From Octopus sinensis (Eukaryota), in assembly GCF_006345805.1 (NCBI RefSeq), contig NC_043000.1, positions 9,610,001-9,674,000 of the forward strand: 64,000 nt of DNA. Direction: 5' to 3'. How positions within the stretch are numbered: position 1 is the stretch's first letter; each line of letters starts with the position of its first letter. Shown in pieces: positions 12,054 to 26,804 of this stretch. A program made the position numbers and the translations under genes. The notes under the pieces are model-generated. The model made no database searches, had not been told where the DNA came from, and saw only the letters and a program-made list of their open reading frames with translations.

Positions 12054-12489
12054 TACAGCTAACTGATAATGCTTTTAAGCATTGTTTTATTCGTATTTTA
12101 TAAAAAATATTTCTTTTGTTATGAGCCAGATGAGGGAGCGTAGAGCTTATGATTCTTTTCAGGGTCTTTGAAGCTGGGTAGGGGTTGATTGTAGAAGAAA
12201 GAAGTTATCGTTGGTCTGGAAAGCAGACCAGAATAATGTGAACAGATTTAATCCTAAAAGCATTCAAAGGCAGCCACTTGGTAGTGTTAAGCCAAGAAAC
12301 GAATTAAGTCGGTCACCATAGAACGCGAATAGTCACTTCGACCAGTTTCAGGATCAATTCTATATGCCAAAATTCACTTTGAGGGTTCTGTATAGTGGAG
12401 GTCGAAACTTCACCCACGTAGTGGCGAATGAAATGTCTTAACACAGCTATGATTGCACCCATGTACCTTTTCAACATATCAAAATAGGT

Positions 12490-12641
12490 GTTTCGCTTCC
12501 CAACCACATGGTTTCGGGCTCAGCCCCACTGCGTGGGACCCTGGGCAAGTGTCTCTTACTATAGTCTCGGGTCGACAAAAATGCCTTGTGAGTGGATTCG
12601 GTAGACGGAAACTGAAAGAAGCCCGTCGTATATATACATAC

Positions 12642-12674
<33 letters not shown>

Positions 12675-12886
12675 CATACATATATGTACTTGCGTCTGTG
12701 TTTGTCCCCTCACCATCGCTTGACAACCGATGTTGGTGTGTTTACGTCTCTGTAACTTAGCAGTTCGGCAAAAAGAGACCGATAGAATAAGTATTAAGCT
12801 TACAAAGGATAAGTACTGGGGGACTAAAGGCGGTGCTCCAGCATGGCTGCAGTCAAATGATTGAAACAAGAAAAGAGTAAAAGAAT
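12490..12886 (+). mobile_element. SINE family A, near full length; inverted 5' half follows at 12905-13048 (-)
   Basis: Both halves around (TA)n/(TACA)n; 12905-13048 reads as the reverse complement of the head. Confidence 0.85.
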
Positions 12887-13234
12887 ATATATGTATGTAT
12901 GTATACGGTGGGCATCTTTCAGTTTCCGTCTCCTAAATCTTCTAACACGGCTTTGGGGCTACTTGGAACTATAGAAGAATAAACTTGTCCAACGTGCTAC
13001 ATATGGTTGAGAAGCATGATTCTTAACCACAGAGTCATGCCTGCGCCTGTTTCACATTTTGGAAAATTTTTTTCTTGAAAGTGTTTATGAATATCCAAAG
13101 CTGCATCGTTAGTTACATAATTTCCCAATGTTCTCTAAACATTTGCAGCTAAATCCACGAGGAGCACTTAAGCTTATTTGAAATTATTAATTCTGAAATT
13201 ATTATATTACAGAATTACTGATAATTTCTGTTTT

Positions 13235-13520
13235 TTTTTTGTTATGGTTTATGCTAATGTAATTATTTTCAAAGATATGAATTGTGAAAAAAAAAAAAAG
13301 AAAAATTCAAATAGAGACGTAATGATTATGATGACGATGATAATGATAACGATGACGATGATGATGATGATGATGACGACGACGACGATGACATTGATGA
13401 TGATAAAAACGACCACGATGTTGATATAGATGATAATGATGATGGTGATAATGACGTTAATTATGGTGATAACGACAACGACGACTGAGTGTTGATGATG
13501 TTGGCGGTGATGTTGTTGTT
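13235..13520 (+). repeat. Unique + cryptic (GAT/GAC)n block, duplicated in inverted orientation at 18898-19272
   Basis: tttttgttatggtttatgctaatgtaattattt(t/c)caaagatatgaattgtgaaaaa...ttcaaatagagacgtaatg and the irregular repeat words gacgaccacga..tgatatag..gtgttgatgat.ttggcggtgat are shared. Confidence 0.85.
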
Positions 13521-13691
13521 GATGATGATGATGATGATGATTATGATGAGGATGATGATGATGATGAAGATGACGACTCATTCTGATGACGATTTTAATA
13601 ATGACGATTATGATGATGATGATGATAGTTATCATAGTGCTGAAGATATGAAGACGATAATTAAGGCAATGCTCCCCACACAGATACATAT

Positions 13692-13853
13692 AGGCGTAGG
13701 AGTGACTGTGTGGTAACTATCTTTCTTACCAACCACATGGTTCTGGGTTCAGTCCCACTGCGTGGCACCTTGGGCAAGTGACTTCTACTATAGCCTCAGG
13801 TCGACCAAAACCTTGTGAGTGGATTTGGTAGACGGAAACTGAAAGAAGCCCGT

Positions 13854-13898
<45 letters not shown>

Positions 13899-14131
13899 TT
13901 GTGTGTGTGTGTGTGTGTCTGTGTATATATATGTTTGTGTGTCTGTGTTTGTCCCTCCAACATCACCTGACAACCGATGGTAGTGTGTTTACATCCCCGT
14001 AACTTAGCAGTTCGGCAAAAGAGACTGATAGAATATATACTAGGCTTCCAAAGAATAAGTCATGGGGTTAACTTGCTCGACTAAAGGCGGTGCTCCATCA
14101 TGGCCACAGTCAAATGACTGAAACAAATAAA

Positions 14132-14135
<4 letters not shown>
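13692..14135 (+). mobile_element. SINE family A, full copy
   Basis: taggcgtaggagtgactgtgtggtaa...(TA)n(TG)n...ggcggtgctccatcatggccacagtcaaatgactgaaacaaataaaag. Confidence 0.9.
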
Positions 14136-14174
<39 letters not shown>

Positions 14175-14881
14175 TGGCAACTCATACAGAGGTAAATATG
14201 AAAGATTAGGAAGCCACAAGTTTTGGGGGATCGTACCTTACCCAAACGATACATTTTAGGGAAGGGTGCAGTATCAAATGTGAATGAAAAACAGCTAAAA
14301 TACGTGATAAGTACTGACTGAGTGAATAATAAAGGAAAGGAACCAAAAATGAAGGAAAAGAAAATAGTTTTATACATCAAAACTTTCCATAGGACCCACA
14401 TTGTGGTCGCTTGATATGTTAGAAATATCAACCAAATGCCTCTGGAATTAAGCCCTTGCTGTCTTATAGTTGGAAAGACACTTTGACAACACAGTACAAA
14501 GTATATTAACTCTGAATAGAGATGCAGGAAGGTTAAGGTTGAAATATTTTAATTCAGTGATATGCTTGATCAGAGACGGACTGCAGCTAAACAACAGCAA
14601 CAACAACAATAACAACAAAAACAACAGCGGCAGCAGCAACAACAACAACCCAAGAATAACTCAAAAATAAATATTATGATATAGAATAACTTAACCGGAT
14701 TATCCGGTCAAGACAGGTTGCGTCTCCAGAAAACTGTATTGACAATATCATGAAGGAAATGGTTTTATAGCATAACCATTGCATACTATCCAACACTTGT
14801 GTGATGAACAACTTTGATACACCCCACCACAGACATATATGTATGTATGTATATATGTATGTATGTATGTATGTCTGTCTG

Positions 14882-14955
<74 letters not shown>

Positions 14956-14957
14956 CA

Positions 14958-15021
<64 letters not shown>

Positions 15022-15082
15022 CGCGCGCGCGCGCGTGTGTGTGTGTGTTTGTGTGCGTGTGAGTGTGTGTGTGTGCGTGTGT

Positions 15083-15426
15083 GGCACTCCGTCGTTTACG
15101 ACGAAGAGGGTTCTACTTGAGCCAGCTCGTGATATTAACGTGCAAGAGACTCAGCACTCCACACAGACGTAGTTCTTGGGGGAATTCAGCGTGACACAGT
15201 GTGTGACAAGGCTGACCCTTTGAAATACAGGTACAACAGAAACAGGAAGAAAGAGAGAAAGTTGTGGTGAAAGAGTACAACATGGTTCGTTACCATCCCC
15301 TGCTGGAGTCTCGTAGAGCTTTGGGTGTTTTCGCTCAATAGACACTCACAACACCCGGTCTGGGAATCGAAACCGCGATCCTACGACCGCGCGTCCGCTG
15401 CCCTAACTACTAGGCCATTACGCCTA
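15083..15426 (-). mobile_element. SINE family C (head 1, tRNA-Arg-like, + tail A)
   Basis: Minus atggcctagtagttagggcagcggacgcgcggtcgtaggatcgcggtttcgattccc; tail matches 11872-12053. Confidence 0.88.
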
Positions 15427-15434
15427 CACACACG

Positions 15435-15482
<48 letters not shown>

Positions 15483-15519
15483 CGCACACACATGTATGTA
15501 TATGTAAATATACATGTAT

Positions 15520-15721
<202 letters not shown>

Positions 15722-16457
15722 CATAAATGGAAATATAGAAATGCAGAGAATCTAGAGGAGGATTAGCGTTTGTGGTTAGTATAAGCTCAGGCTGAGAATG
15801 GCGTGGAAGGCGAGATACATTAGAAGAATCGTCGTGATAAAAATCGGGTTGGGTAAAGTAGGCATGGATGGTATTGTATGCAACTTGAGAGCTCAGAAAT
15901 GCAGAGGCCGTTGTAGTAGCAGTAGAATAAGCATATAGAGGATCCAGCATGTCTGCGAGTCAGTAATTGTTGTTTCTTGGTGAGAGAGACGTCGTCAGTT
16001 AGTCGGATGACGTTTCGTCTTGAGCTCTCTGTAGCTGTTATTCTCTATTGGTACTGGGAAACGGTGAACATTAGACAAGAAATAATTATAAAATATCATG
16101 CAAACACAAACAAGGATCGATGTTATACGTCGGAAAACAGGCAATAAAACGGAAATGGAGACAACTTGTAAATAAGCAAATAAGCCTCTGTGAGCGTGAG
16201 CCATACATTGTTTGTGTGTAAAACCTAGTATCAATATTAAATATTCCTGGCTCAATGTTGACATGTCTAGTATGTTTGGACAATTTTAGAGACTTTTCTT
16301 GACACTGAAAACTTGGTTCTTTCTGTAGCTTGGGAATTATCTTAGCAGTATTAGTAGTAGTAATGGCAGTAATATTTACTATTGCATGCTTTATTCTACA
16401 TCCTATGTACAGTTTGTACATAGCAATACAGTATTTTAAAAGGTTATGCTTTACACA

Positions 16458-16772
16458 GTGGAGGTGCAATGGCCCAGTGGTTAGGGCAGCGGACTCGCGG
16501 TCGGAGGATCGCAGTTTCGATTCCTAGACCGGGCGTTGTGTGTGTTTATTGAGCAAAAACACGTAAAGCTCCATGAGGCTCCGGCAGGGGGTGGTGGTGA
16601 CCCTTCTTGTACTCTTTCGCCCTAACTTTCTCTCACTCTCTCTTCCTGTTTCTTGGGTAACACTGCGATGGACTGGCGTCCCGTTCAGCTGGGGGGGGGG
16701 GGACACATAGGCCACAGAAACCGTGAAACCGGGCCCATGAGCCAGGATAGGCTTGAAAAGGGCGCATAAATG
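16458..16772 (+). mobile_element. SINE family C (head 1 + tail B)
   Basis: atggcccagtggttagggcagcggactcgcggtcggaggatcgcagtttcgattcc; tail tgcgatggactggcgtcccgttcag...gaaaccgtgaaaccgggcccatgag. Confidence 0.88.
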
Positions 16773-17094
16773 AAAAAAATGTTTTACATAGTATATAATA
16801 GTAACAATACATTTAGCAACACAAAATTTTATGTTCACGTTATATATTTCAGATATAGAGTACATTATTGGAGTGCTTCATATTGTCAATATTCATATAA
16901 TACATATTTCTCTCTACATCTTACAGATTTATTATCTTATAGAATTGTCTTACCATGTTTAGTTTTTAAATCATTCTAAAACCTCCTTTAGCTGTATATT
17001 TTAGTTATTTTCGTTACATTTTCATTAGTTTTAAATTTTCTTTAAAATTACTTAAATTCCTTGTTTCGTCTTTAGTATTCCATTAACATTCTAA

Positions 17095-17830
17095 TATTGG
17101 TTTCACATTTTGGCACAAGGCCAACAATTGCAGGTAAGAGGGTAAGTCAATTACATCGGTCCCAGTGTCCAATTGAACTTATTTTACTGACCCTGAAGTA
17201 TGAAAGGCGAAGTCGACATGGCGGAATTTGAACTAAGAAAGGGAAGACAAACGAAATGCCGCTAAGCATTTTGCCCGGTCTGCAAAATGCTTAGGACATT
17301 GTAAGAAGCTTTTGTTGTTCACTTTGTCCTACCCACAGTTGATCATTAGTTAATATGTTTTGTATTTGTCAATATTTGATTTCGTCAAGGCGGTGAGCTG
17401 GCAGAATCGATAGCACGCCGGGCAAAATGCTTAGCGGCATTTCGTCAGTCTTAACGTTCTGTGTTCAAATTCCGCCGAGGTCGACTTCGCCTTTCATTCT
17501 TTCGAAGTTGATAAAATGAGTGCCAGTTTAACACTAGGGTCGATGCGATCGACTTACCACCTCCCTCAAGATTGCTGGCTTTGTGTCAGAATTTGAAATC
17601 AAAATTTGATTTCTTTAAGGTGGCACGCTGGAATAATCGTTAGTGCACTGAGCAAAATGCTTAGTAACATTCGTTCGTTTTTAGGTTTTGAGTTCAAATC
17701 CCGCCGAGATCGTCTTTGCCTTTCATCCTTCCGGAGTCGATGAAATGCCAGTTGAGAACTGAGATCGAGGTGATCGACTTACCCCTAACCCCCAAATTAC
17801 TGGCTTTGTACCAAAATTTGAAACAGATAT
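17095..17830. mobile_element. Three SINE-B copies: 17095-17285 (-), 17387-17600 (+), 17617-17830 (+)
   Basis: Family-B motifs in both orientations; the first two are head-to-head, ~100 bp apart. Confidence 0.85.
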
Positions 17831-18399
17831 TTGATTTCTTTTTCTTAATCCTAATTTCTTCAGTGCTAACTCTGTTGATTCATAGTCAATTTTTAGCATC
17901 AAGACTTCCTCTCTGTTCTCTATTTTGCTACATGTAGCTGAATATTATCTAACTAATGTCCATATACACTGGAAAAGCATTTTAAGCAGCCTGCAATTCT
18001 CAGAACTTCGGTGCCCTTTTATATACTTTCCACACTTACTTAATGGACTACTTTCGCTTTATCTCAAGATGTTTGATAGCTGAAGTGTTTTTCAAGAGAA
18101 TGCTATATATCTGTGTGTGTGTGAGTGCGCGTATATCTATGAATTATTTTGTGGGACGCTGATTCGCTCAAAGAGCTTATATGATTAAAATGTTGGTGAG
18201 TCTTGATTTAAGTTGTATTATGTATAGCACGCTTCTGTTGTAGAACATTAATTGGTTCTTATGTCTCATTTCCTTTTTTATTCACTTTTCTACCTGTTCT
18301 TTTAAAGTTCTTTATATCCTGATAGACCAGAACTTAAGCCGATAAATACATTATTATATTCTTATAAAGCTTTGCTCTCTTCAGCAAAAAAATTTATCT

Positions 18400-19877
18400 T
18401 CAGATTCTGTTCAGACGTCATGTGTAAGATTTTATTTCTAATTTATCTATCATGCACTACGAAACGCAGTTTTTCAAGAATAGATCTACAAATTATTAAT
18501 ATGATCTTATACACTATTACTTAGTATCATATATAAAATGATTTAATTCCCCTTTTCTTTAATGTGTAGTCTTCCGCTGTGTATATTTGAACTTTTCACA
18601 TTGAGAATTCTAAAGTTCACATGTCTCTCCAAACGATACCCAGTTAATTGAAAAATGAATGGAACATTCGCGAAGAAAATCTGGGTTAGATTATTCCGTT
18701 CTAACCACTATTTATAAATTCTAAGAAACTCTCTTGTATTTAGATATTTCGTTGATCATCTTGAATGGAACATAATGTACAATATATCCTTCTTATCCAT
18801 TCCGACGATCAATTTCTTCTCAGTGATCACCAGTATAATTTTCGCAGATCCTCATTAGAAACTTTTCCTCATACGTCACTCAGCAATTAGTCTCTTGTCA
18901 TCATCATCATCAAAATCACCGCCAATATCATCAACACTCGGTCGTCGTTGTCGTCATCACCATCATCATTATCACCTATATCAAATTCGTGGTCGTCTTT
19001 GTCATCATCACCGTCATCGTCGTCGTCATCATCCTTTTCTACTCTAGGCACAAGGCCCGAAATTTTTTGGGCGGGGGCCAGTCAATTAGATCGACCCCAG
19101 TACGCAACTGGTACTTAATTTATCGACCCCCGAAAGGATATCATCATCATCATCTTCATCATCATCGTTATCATCATCAGCGTCATGATTATCATTACGT
19201 CTCTATTTGAATTTTTTTTTTCACAATTCATATCTTTGGAAATAATTACATTAGCATAAACCATAACAAAAATTGTTTCACCTGACAATAAAAATTTCGA
19301 CTATATTTGGGTCAGAAAGGTTTTGTTACTCTTTTTACTACTGGACGTCATGAAACCTTAACAAAAGTCTCTTTACAGAATATCAGTTGATGATAAGACT
19401 TCCTACAACCTCCATTTCATTATTTGGTTATAGTTCAGAGCTGACTTAGCTCTCCGAAACTTTTACTTCACTGCAATAGAGGTCTTCACTATCCTCTAAA
19501 TAAGAAGAAATCCCATTCAATGTTACTACAATACGTTCTCGTTTCTCAATCAGCATATCTTATTTCCCAGGCAGTCAATTATAATCAGCTGCAGGGAGTC
19601 ATGGACAAAGACCTTACTATCCTGTTCATGCTTCTTGTACTATAACAATACTTTTTTTCTGCGTGTTTTCTTCCCAACCGCTGTCTTTCAGGAGTTGTAA
19701 CTGAACCCCAATCAGCCATCTTCACGTTCAGCCATCTTCACGTTCAGCCATCTTCACGTTCAAGTTTAGGAGGTTTGAGAAGGGCATGGGCACTCATTCC
19801 TACATAGAGACGATAAATGAAGCATCAGTCAAATACTGAAGCCAGTTCTTTGTTCATTTCTCTCCCCTCTATCTCTT

Positions 19878-19935
<58 letters not shown>

Positions 19936-21550
19936 TAGCGATAGCCACCAAGACGCTGTTTTGTAAAATGAATATAATATCCGAAGGAAGACAAGAGGAA
20001 ACAACATTTATATTCTTCCAGGAATATTTCACGAAGAGCACCACGTGTTCTTCATTGAAGTCATTAGAAGCCAATCGTCAACCTGGTGGTGTATCTTTTT
20101 TTTGTCTTTTTACATAATATCAACTGTCGTGTTTTTGATATTTCTATTTCGTCGACTCACATTTGATTACGTTTTCAAATGTGTTACCGGATATCCGAAC
20201 CATTTACCTCATTTTTACAATTCTGTCATGTCCTTGCTACGTAACGGAAGCAAAATAAAGTGTTTGATATTACTGAGAAAATAAAACACTGCAATAATAG
20301 CTTCTCACAGTAAGGGTAGAAATATAAATAGTTTTAAATGAATATGTTCATATCTCCTATATTGTATAGTTTGTTGTGATCTTTTCTTATCGTCGTCTAA
20401 CTGTACTAATGATGTTAAATTAATTTATAAAATTGGGACCCTTCCCTAATTTGATGCCTAAATTAATTTTATTCGTGTAGTTATCAATGTTCTGGGATTT
20501 GGTTAGGAGTCATATTTTGTTTATCTTCAGGTATAGCAACATCTTTAATGATAAGTCTATAAGGAAACCACAATTTGGTTGCTCAAACTTTTAGAGCTGT
20601 TGCTGTAATATAAACTGAGTTAGATCTTGAAAACTTTTACTTCTCTACACTAAACTCCTTCATCATCCTTTCAATCACAAATTACCCTATTCAATATTGC
20701 CACAATATATTCTCTCCTCTCAAATCTATAAACAAATCTTATCGACTGGCGAGATTCAAGAATTTAGAATTATATCTTCGTGTGTTTTCTTCTTGAGGGA
20801 GACAAATATCCCTCAATTAAAACCTTGCTGTATTAAAAAACGAACGACACATCACGTGATGTAGTCCTTGATACATTAATCCGCCACTACAAAAAGCAGA
20901 ACGGGATGGTCAAAACTGGAATTCTATTGATCACAGGTAATGTCAATCAGAGCTGACCTGCGGATTAACAACGGCAGTAATAAAACTTATGAAGCATTAA
21001 TTATTTCCTTTGTCAGGTTCCCAACAATAAATATTCACCATGTCACTTTCAACTGAAAAATCTCATAATTCTTTTTATTCCTTTTCCTGAATATTTCCTA
21101 TACATCGTTACTCTTGGCACAATTATAATTTCTCTATACATCTGGTATAGCTTTACATAATATCAGCTATAATCCTTCTTAGCTAAACTTTTGTAGCCAC
21201 AGATTAAGCGTGTATTAATCTCTGTCTTCACCGGACAAAGTTCATGTATTTCCCCTTACAGACTTTATTGATTGATTCTTATTAATTATAATACTAGAAA
21301 AAGTTTTAAGCTCTCCTGCCGGTCATTCAAATCATGTGCAGTGCAGATGTCTCTAAAGTAACGCTGCTAGCCTTAACTCAAACCTTGAAGCAATTTGCGA
21401 TCCTGCAGTTCTCATTTTCAGATTCCAACAACAATAATCCTTGTTTCATACATTTTGTTACACATGCATTTATGAAAGATTTAAATATGCTTCTATAGAC
21501 GCGCTCTGAAAAGTTTATAGAGTCAACTGGAAGACTTAAAATTTCAGATA
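18400..21550 (-). pseudogene. Heavily decayed Penelope-like element (RT, possible GIY-YIG)
   Basis: Minus-strand remnants in the expected order: KCMKQGLL (~21450), LGKGPNF (~20440), INVVSSCLPSDIIFILQ (~19990), SLSMTPCS (~19600), VYKI (~18505). Many stops, weak matches. Confidence 0.4.
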
Positions 21551-22560
21551 TTTTAAAACCAATAACGTTTTAAAATTCCTATTCTGTAACTATGCATTCA
21601 GTTTCTGTTCTTATTTGTCTTTCTATGAATTCAGTTTCTGTTCTTATTCATCTCTCATGCTATTTAAAGTGAAACCAAAGCAATTTCCTCTTTACAATGT
21701 TAAGGAGTGAAATTTAGAGAAGTGAAAGCTTAACGTGAAATATAGAAAATTGAGATCTTTGCTGTTTGCGTACAACTATTTTCTTTTTGAAAAGCATTTA
21801 AAACGATACATATTAAAAAGCGATTAAACACTCATTCATTTCCGCCCCTATTTTGCGAGATATTAAAACGATATATGCCAAGAAATGATGACATGTATTT
21901 ACTCCAGACTTATTTCAAGTTAATGAAAACTGTTTTCACGAGAAACGATGATACGATGAACGATATATCCTTAAAAAAGATTGAGAAAGAAAAACTATAT
22001 ATTCAAAACTGTATATATTACAAAAATAATAAAACACTTATTCGTTAAACGGTATAAATTAAAAGTGATGAAATATTTGAACCCCCCCCCCCGCACAAAA
22101 ATAAATGCAAGCTATGTATTAAAAATATGGAATGAAAAGATGATTTTATCATTAAACTTAGAATTTCTATAAATCATCTCCCTTTTGTCAAATATTTTCG
22201 GTCAAATAATTTTGACTGTATGTCACTACTCATGCAGTAATGGTTGCACATCTTCATCTAAGGCCTTATTTTTATCAACCCCGGAGAAATGAAAGCAAAG
22301 CTGAACTCGGGAAAACACGGTTTGTGTGCAACATGTAATGATACGAAAAGCGATATTTTGTGTTATTTGTAGTTTATATTGATTTATTATGAAGGGTTTG
22401 GGGACTCAGAAAGGGTTGGCATAATCGTTGAAGGATCTAATGTATTTCTTGTACAAAAATGTCGTTGTTCTTTTATGTCGAGTCAATGTGACGCGTGTGA
22501 GAGCTTTAAGTATGTCTATACATCGTTTTACTTTCGTATGTCTCTTTATGTGTGATACGT

Positions 22561-22812
22561 AAGGTGAAGACGCATGGTCTAGTGTTTAGGGGTGTTGCAT
22601 TCGATTCCCCTAAACATTCCATAGAAGTGATTTCTATTCCCAGACCGGACAACACTTTGTGCTCTTGAGCAAAAACGTAATTTCACGTTGCTCCTATCCA
22701 CTCAGCTGTAACCGTGCGACGTACTTACGTTCCATTCAAGGGGAATATTATGATTTCGGTCACTTATATGGCATGGAAATCGGGTAACCGGTCCTATGGG
22801 CCCTAAGATTCA
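22561..22812 (+). mobile_element. SINE family C (head 2 + tail B-like), diverged
   Basis: aaggtgaagacgcatggtctagtgtttagggg...gctcttgagcaaaaac..tttcacgttgctcctatccactcagctg...gaaatcgggtaaccggtcctatggg. Confidence 0.65.
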
Positions 22813-23015
22813 AAACTGTAATGTCCTGGGTTGATAGTGATGATGGTGTATGGTGTATAAGCGTTATAGGAAATGCCTGCTGCATTTGTGTGCATATGTA
22901 TGTATGTAAATGACCCGTCCTTGTTTTTTTGTATCGTCTATCTGGATGTTTCGTTGTCCCTTTTTGTATCACCAAGTTGTCCGGATGTTTTGCGTTCTTG
23001 TCCCATTTTGTATTA

Positions 23016-23094
<79 letters not shown>

Positions 23095-23159
23095 ATATAA
23101 ATATATATATAAGTATGTATGTATGTATTTATGTATGTATGTATCTATTTCTCTATCTC

Positions 23160-23925
23160 TCTATGATATATTTCTTTTGACTGTGTGTGGGGGTGTGTAT
23201 AATATATTTCTGTTGATGCGTGTGTTGGTCTTTTGTACCTGTTTCTCTCGTATGTTGCTTGTAATTACTTCTAAATCTGCTGGAAATAGGTCTTTTATGT
23301 CTGAAGTAGATTTCGAGGGCTTGTAGGAAATAGCAAGGCGAGGTAACTGTCATATCATCTAGTTTATTAAGAGGCGTATATATTTTGCGGAGGTGTAGTC
23401 AAGTTGCAAAAGTATGAGTTAGAAAGAGTGGATAAGGTTATTTGTAGCGCCCCACTGAGGAAATTGCTAAATTCTAGGCATGTTATCATTTTGCATTACG
23501 CAGGCTTGGTACCCAAGAAATAGTTTGCTAACCACCATTTTGTGTTGTTTCTTAATCGGGTGTTGAATATTTTATGTATGAGTAGTGATGAAATGAAATG
23601 CTTTGCTGGTGCGAACGGTAGTCGGGGTGGTGCACGTGCATTTTTTTTTTTCATTATCGACACCTTCATATATATTTTGTGTAGGGTCTTTCGTTACTGA
23701 ACATGGGTTTTTTCCTACAAATAAGGAGACACCAAAGTAGGTACTTGGTCCGGATTATGTGGGAGGAAATTAAAGGTGAACATTACCTGACAGCATTGTC
23801 TGTCAAATATATGTATGTATGTTAAGAAAAAGGAGGCTGTCAGAATTTTGGATAATTCTTTATTAGCACTTTCGTTCGTTTAACCGAATTCTTAACGATA
23901 AAACCAAGATTACCTTGAATATATA
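23160..23925 (-). pseudogene. Decayed Penelope-like fragment (thumb/linker region)
   Basis: Minus frames RLPFAP..HKIFN, LPRLAISYKPSKSTSDI and RINRNILYTPPH resemble PLE linker motifs; hammerhead-like fold at 23860-23905. Confidence 0.35.
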
Positions 23926-23969
23926 TGTATATCCCTCACTCTCACTCTCTCTAATCATATATATACATA

Positions 23970-24204
<235 letters not shown>

Positions 24205-24511
24205 TAGAAAAAACCACCTTTTATCAATTCAATAATGAAAAATTAAATTATACTATTTAGAAAAATTACATATTATAGAAAGATTAAATATAAGATAAAA
24301 CATATAACGATGATTAAGTAATGTTGGCTTCCACACAGTTACCGTTTAGAATTAATGTCCCTCACAAGACATTGTTCAGCCCGTTGCTATGGCAGATGCT
24401 TTTCCAAGATTCCACGTACGAGAACCGAACATGAAACCACGTTCCATGTGTGTATGAGTGAGTAAGAGTGAGTGAGTGAGGGAGTGAAAGTGAGTGAGTG
24501 AGTGAGTGAGT

Positions 24512-24578
<67 letters not shown>

Positions 24579-25122
24579 GTTGCTAGTATGATATACTTTC
24601 AGAATATTCGATTGTGACATTACACGAGTCAAGTGTCAAATAATGTTAGAATACAAATACTTAGATATCCCATTTCAGGAATAATCTGATGAATGCTAAA
24701 ATGATTGTCTTCTTTACAAATATCAGTTTCACGTTTGTTTGTCTACTAATGTATGTTCGTTAGTTTATTTCTTCTGCTGTCAATGATACAAAATGTGTAA
24801 TAATAGCTAGCTACGAAGAAAATACTTATATCGAATTGCCATCACCAGAAAAACTTTTTCTTATCACAGGAAACTGGAAATTTTATACGTCAATTGTTCC
24901 GTTAGTCTCTTTGTCTTTCTGCCTGTCTGTCTGTCTGTCTCTCGTACACCCAATCACACATTCAATCACACACACACAATCACACATTCTACACATTTTC
25001 TCTCACCCACTTTCTATGTGTATATATATATATATACACAGTATGCATATATGCATATATTTTTACTTTTGCTCTTCGAAATTGCTTTTCGGTTCAACGA
25101 AGTTATAAAATTATATATATAT

Positions 25123-25266
<144 letters not shown>

Positions 25267-25407
25267 ATATATAACAGATAGCTGTCTATCTTCTGTCTGT
25301 CTGTCCATCCGTCTGTGTATCTGTTTGTCTGTCTGTTTATCTATACATAATGTACAATATTATACAGTATGTATAATGTAAAATAATATAGTTAAAAAAT
25401 AACGACG

Positions 25408-25450
<43 letters not shown>

Positions 25451-25930
25451 GTGTGCGCGCGTGTGTGTATACATATACACGAAGACCTACTTAGTCGGTT
25501 CCAAATGTCTAATTGTTAAGTGAAAGACAAATTCAAATAGAAATATTACTATAAACGGTAGTTATGTTCATGTCGTTGAAATTTGAAAATAGTATTATTT
25601 ATTGAGAAGCAATAAAGTAATTTAGGTACAACTAATACTTTAATATATTATACATATTCAATAAATCATTTACAAATAATAAACGATCGAATATTATTAT
25701 TGCTTTTTAATTCCTCATCCGATGTTACTTTGTCGTTCATTTTTGGCTCGGTTGAACTAGGTGTCTCTTTTTTCTTCATAGATATGTCAAGATGTTTTTT
25801 GTGACGTTAGTATTTTCTTGCTGTTCCTAAATTGTACGTTAGCAGGCATGAGATTTATTTAGATCGACATCAATATTTCAACTTCACTCGAAATTTGTAT
25901 CATGAAAAAATATAAAGTATAATGTGAACG

Positions 25931-26087
25931 TAGGAGTGGCTGTGTGGTAAGTAGCTTGCTAACCGACCATATGGTTCCGGGTTCAGTCCCACTGCGTGGC
26001 ACCTTGGGCAAGTGTCTTCTACTATAGCCTCGGGCCGACCAAAGCCTTGTGAGTAGGTTTGGTAGACGGAAACTGAAAGAAGTCCGT

Positions 26088-26144
<57 letters not shown>

Positions 26145-26370
26145 GTGTATATGTTTGTGTGTCTGTGTTTGTCCCACCCAACACCGCTTGACAACCGGTG
26201 GTGGTGTGTTTATGTCCCCGTAACTTAGCGGTCCGGCAAAAGAGACCGATAGAACAAGTACTAGGCATCCAAAGAATAAATCCTGGGGGCGATTTGCTTG
26301 ACCAAAGGCGGTGCTCCAGCGTGGCCGCAGTCAAATGACTGAAACAAGTAAAAAGAGTAAAAAGAGAGAA
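25931..26370 (+). mobile_element. SINE family A, full copy
   Basis: taggagtggctgtgtggtaagtagcttgc...(TA)n...ggcggtgctccagcgtggccgcagtcaaatgactgaaacaagtaaaagagtaaaaagag. Confidence 0.92.
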
Positions 26371-26804
26371 AGATGTGAAAAGCTTCGTCTAACTATTCAA
26401 GAGTGAAAAAACATGAACAGGAGTTTCCATTCTTTGGTTTTATGTTCTATTTCAATGAGGTCGTTGTTTATGAATGTTTGATCTTATAAACTAAAGTACG
26501 TAATATATATCATGCGTAGAAAGTGTAAGGCCCAGTTGGTTAGCGATATTAATCATTATTTCGATCAATCTTTACTGGTTTTTCAAATCCATGAAAACAT
26601 CAATAAATTTATGGTAAAAACTTTTCACCAAGTTTCTATCGTAGTTTTCTTAGTTCCAGTCAGCTTTTATTATTGTTAGCTCATTTAGAACATGGAATAA
26701 ATTCAAAAAATCCCTTTAGTGCTTCTCCACCTTCCTTATCAAAAACATTTATTAACTGATCAAACGAATGCTGACACAATGCGCTGTATATGTTACAATT
26801 GATA

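Noticed and set aside
15990-16040. Third hammerhead-like site (gacgaaacgtc on the minus strand)
   Set aside because: Stem II and the core cannot be formed convincingly.
16329-16410. Transmembrane-like exon LGIILAVLVVVMAVIFTIACFILHP after ttctttctgtag
   Set aside because: Good acceptor, but the hydrophobic run overlaps a degenerate (GTA)n repeat, there is no convincing donor, and no partner exons were found.
16458-16535. tRNA genes (also 15350-15426, 27663-27730, 11727-11800)
   Set aside because: They have A/B boxes but no acceptor stem, and continue into SINE bodies.
19713-19762. 16-bp x3 repeat cagccatcttcacgtt
   Set aside because: Real, but an ordinary slippage repeat with no further structure.
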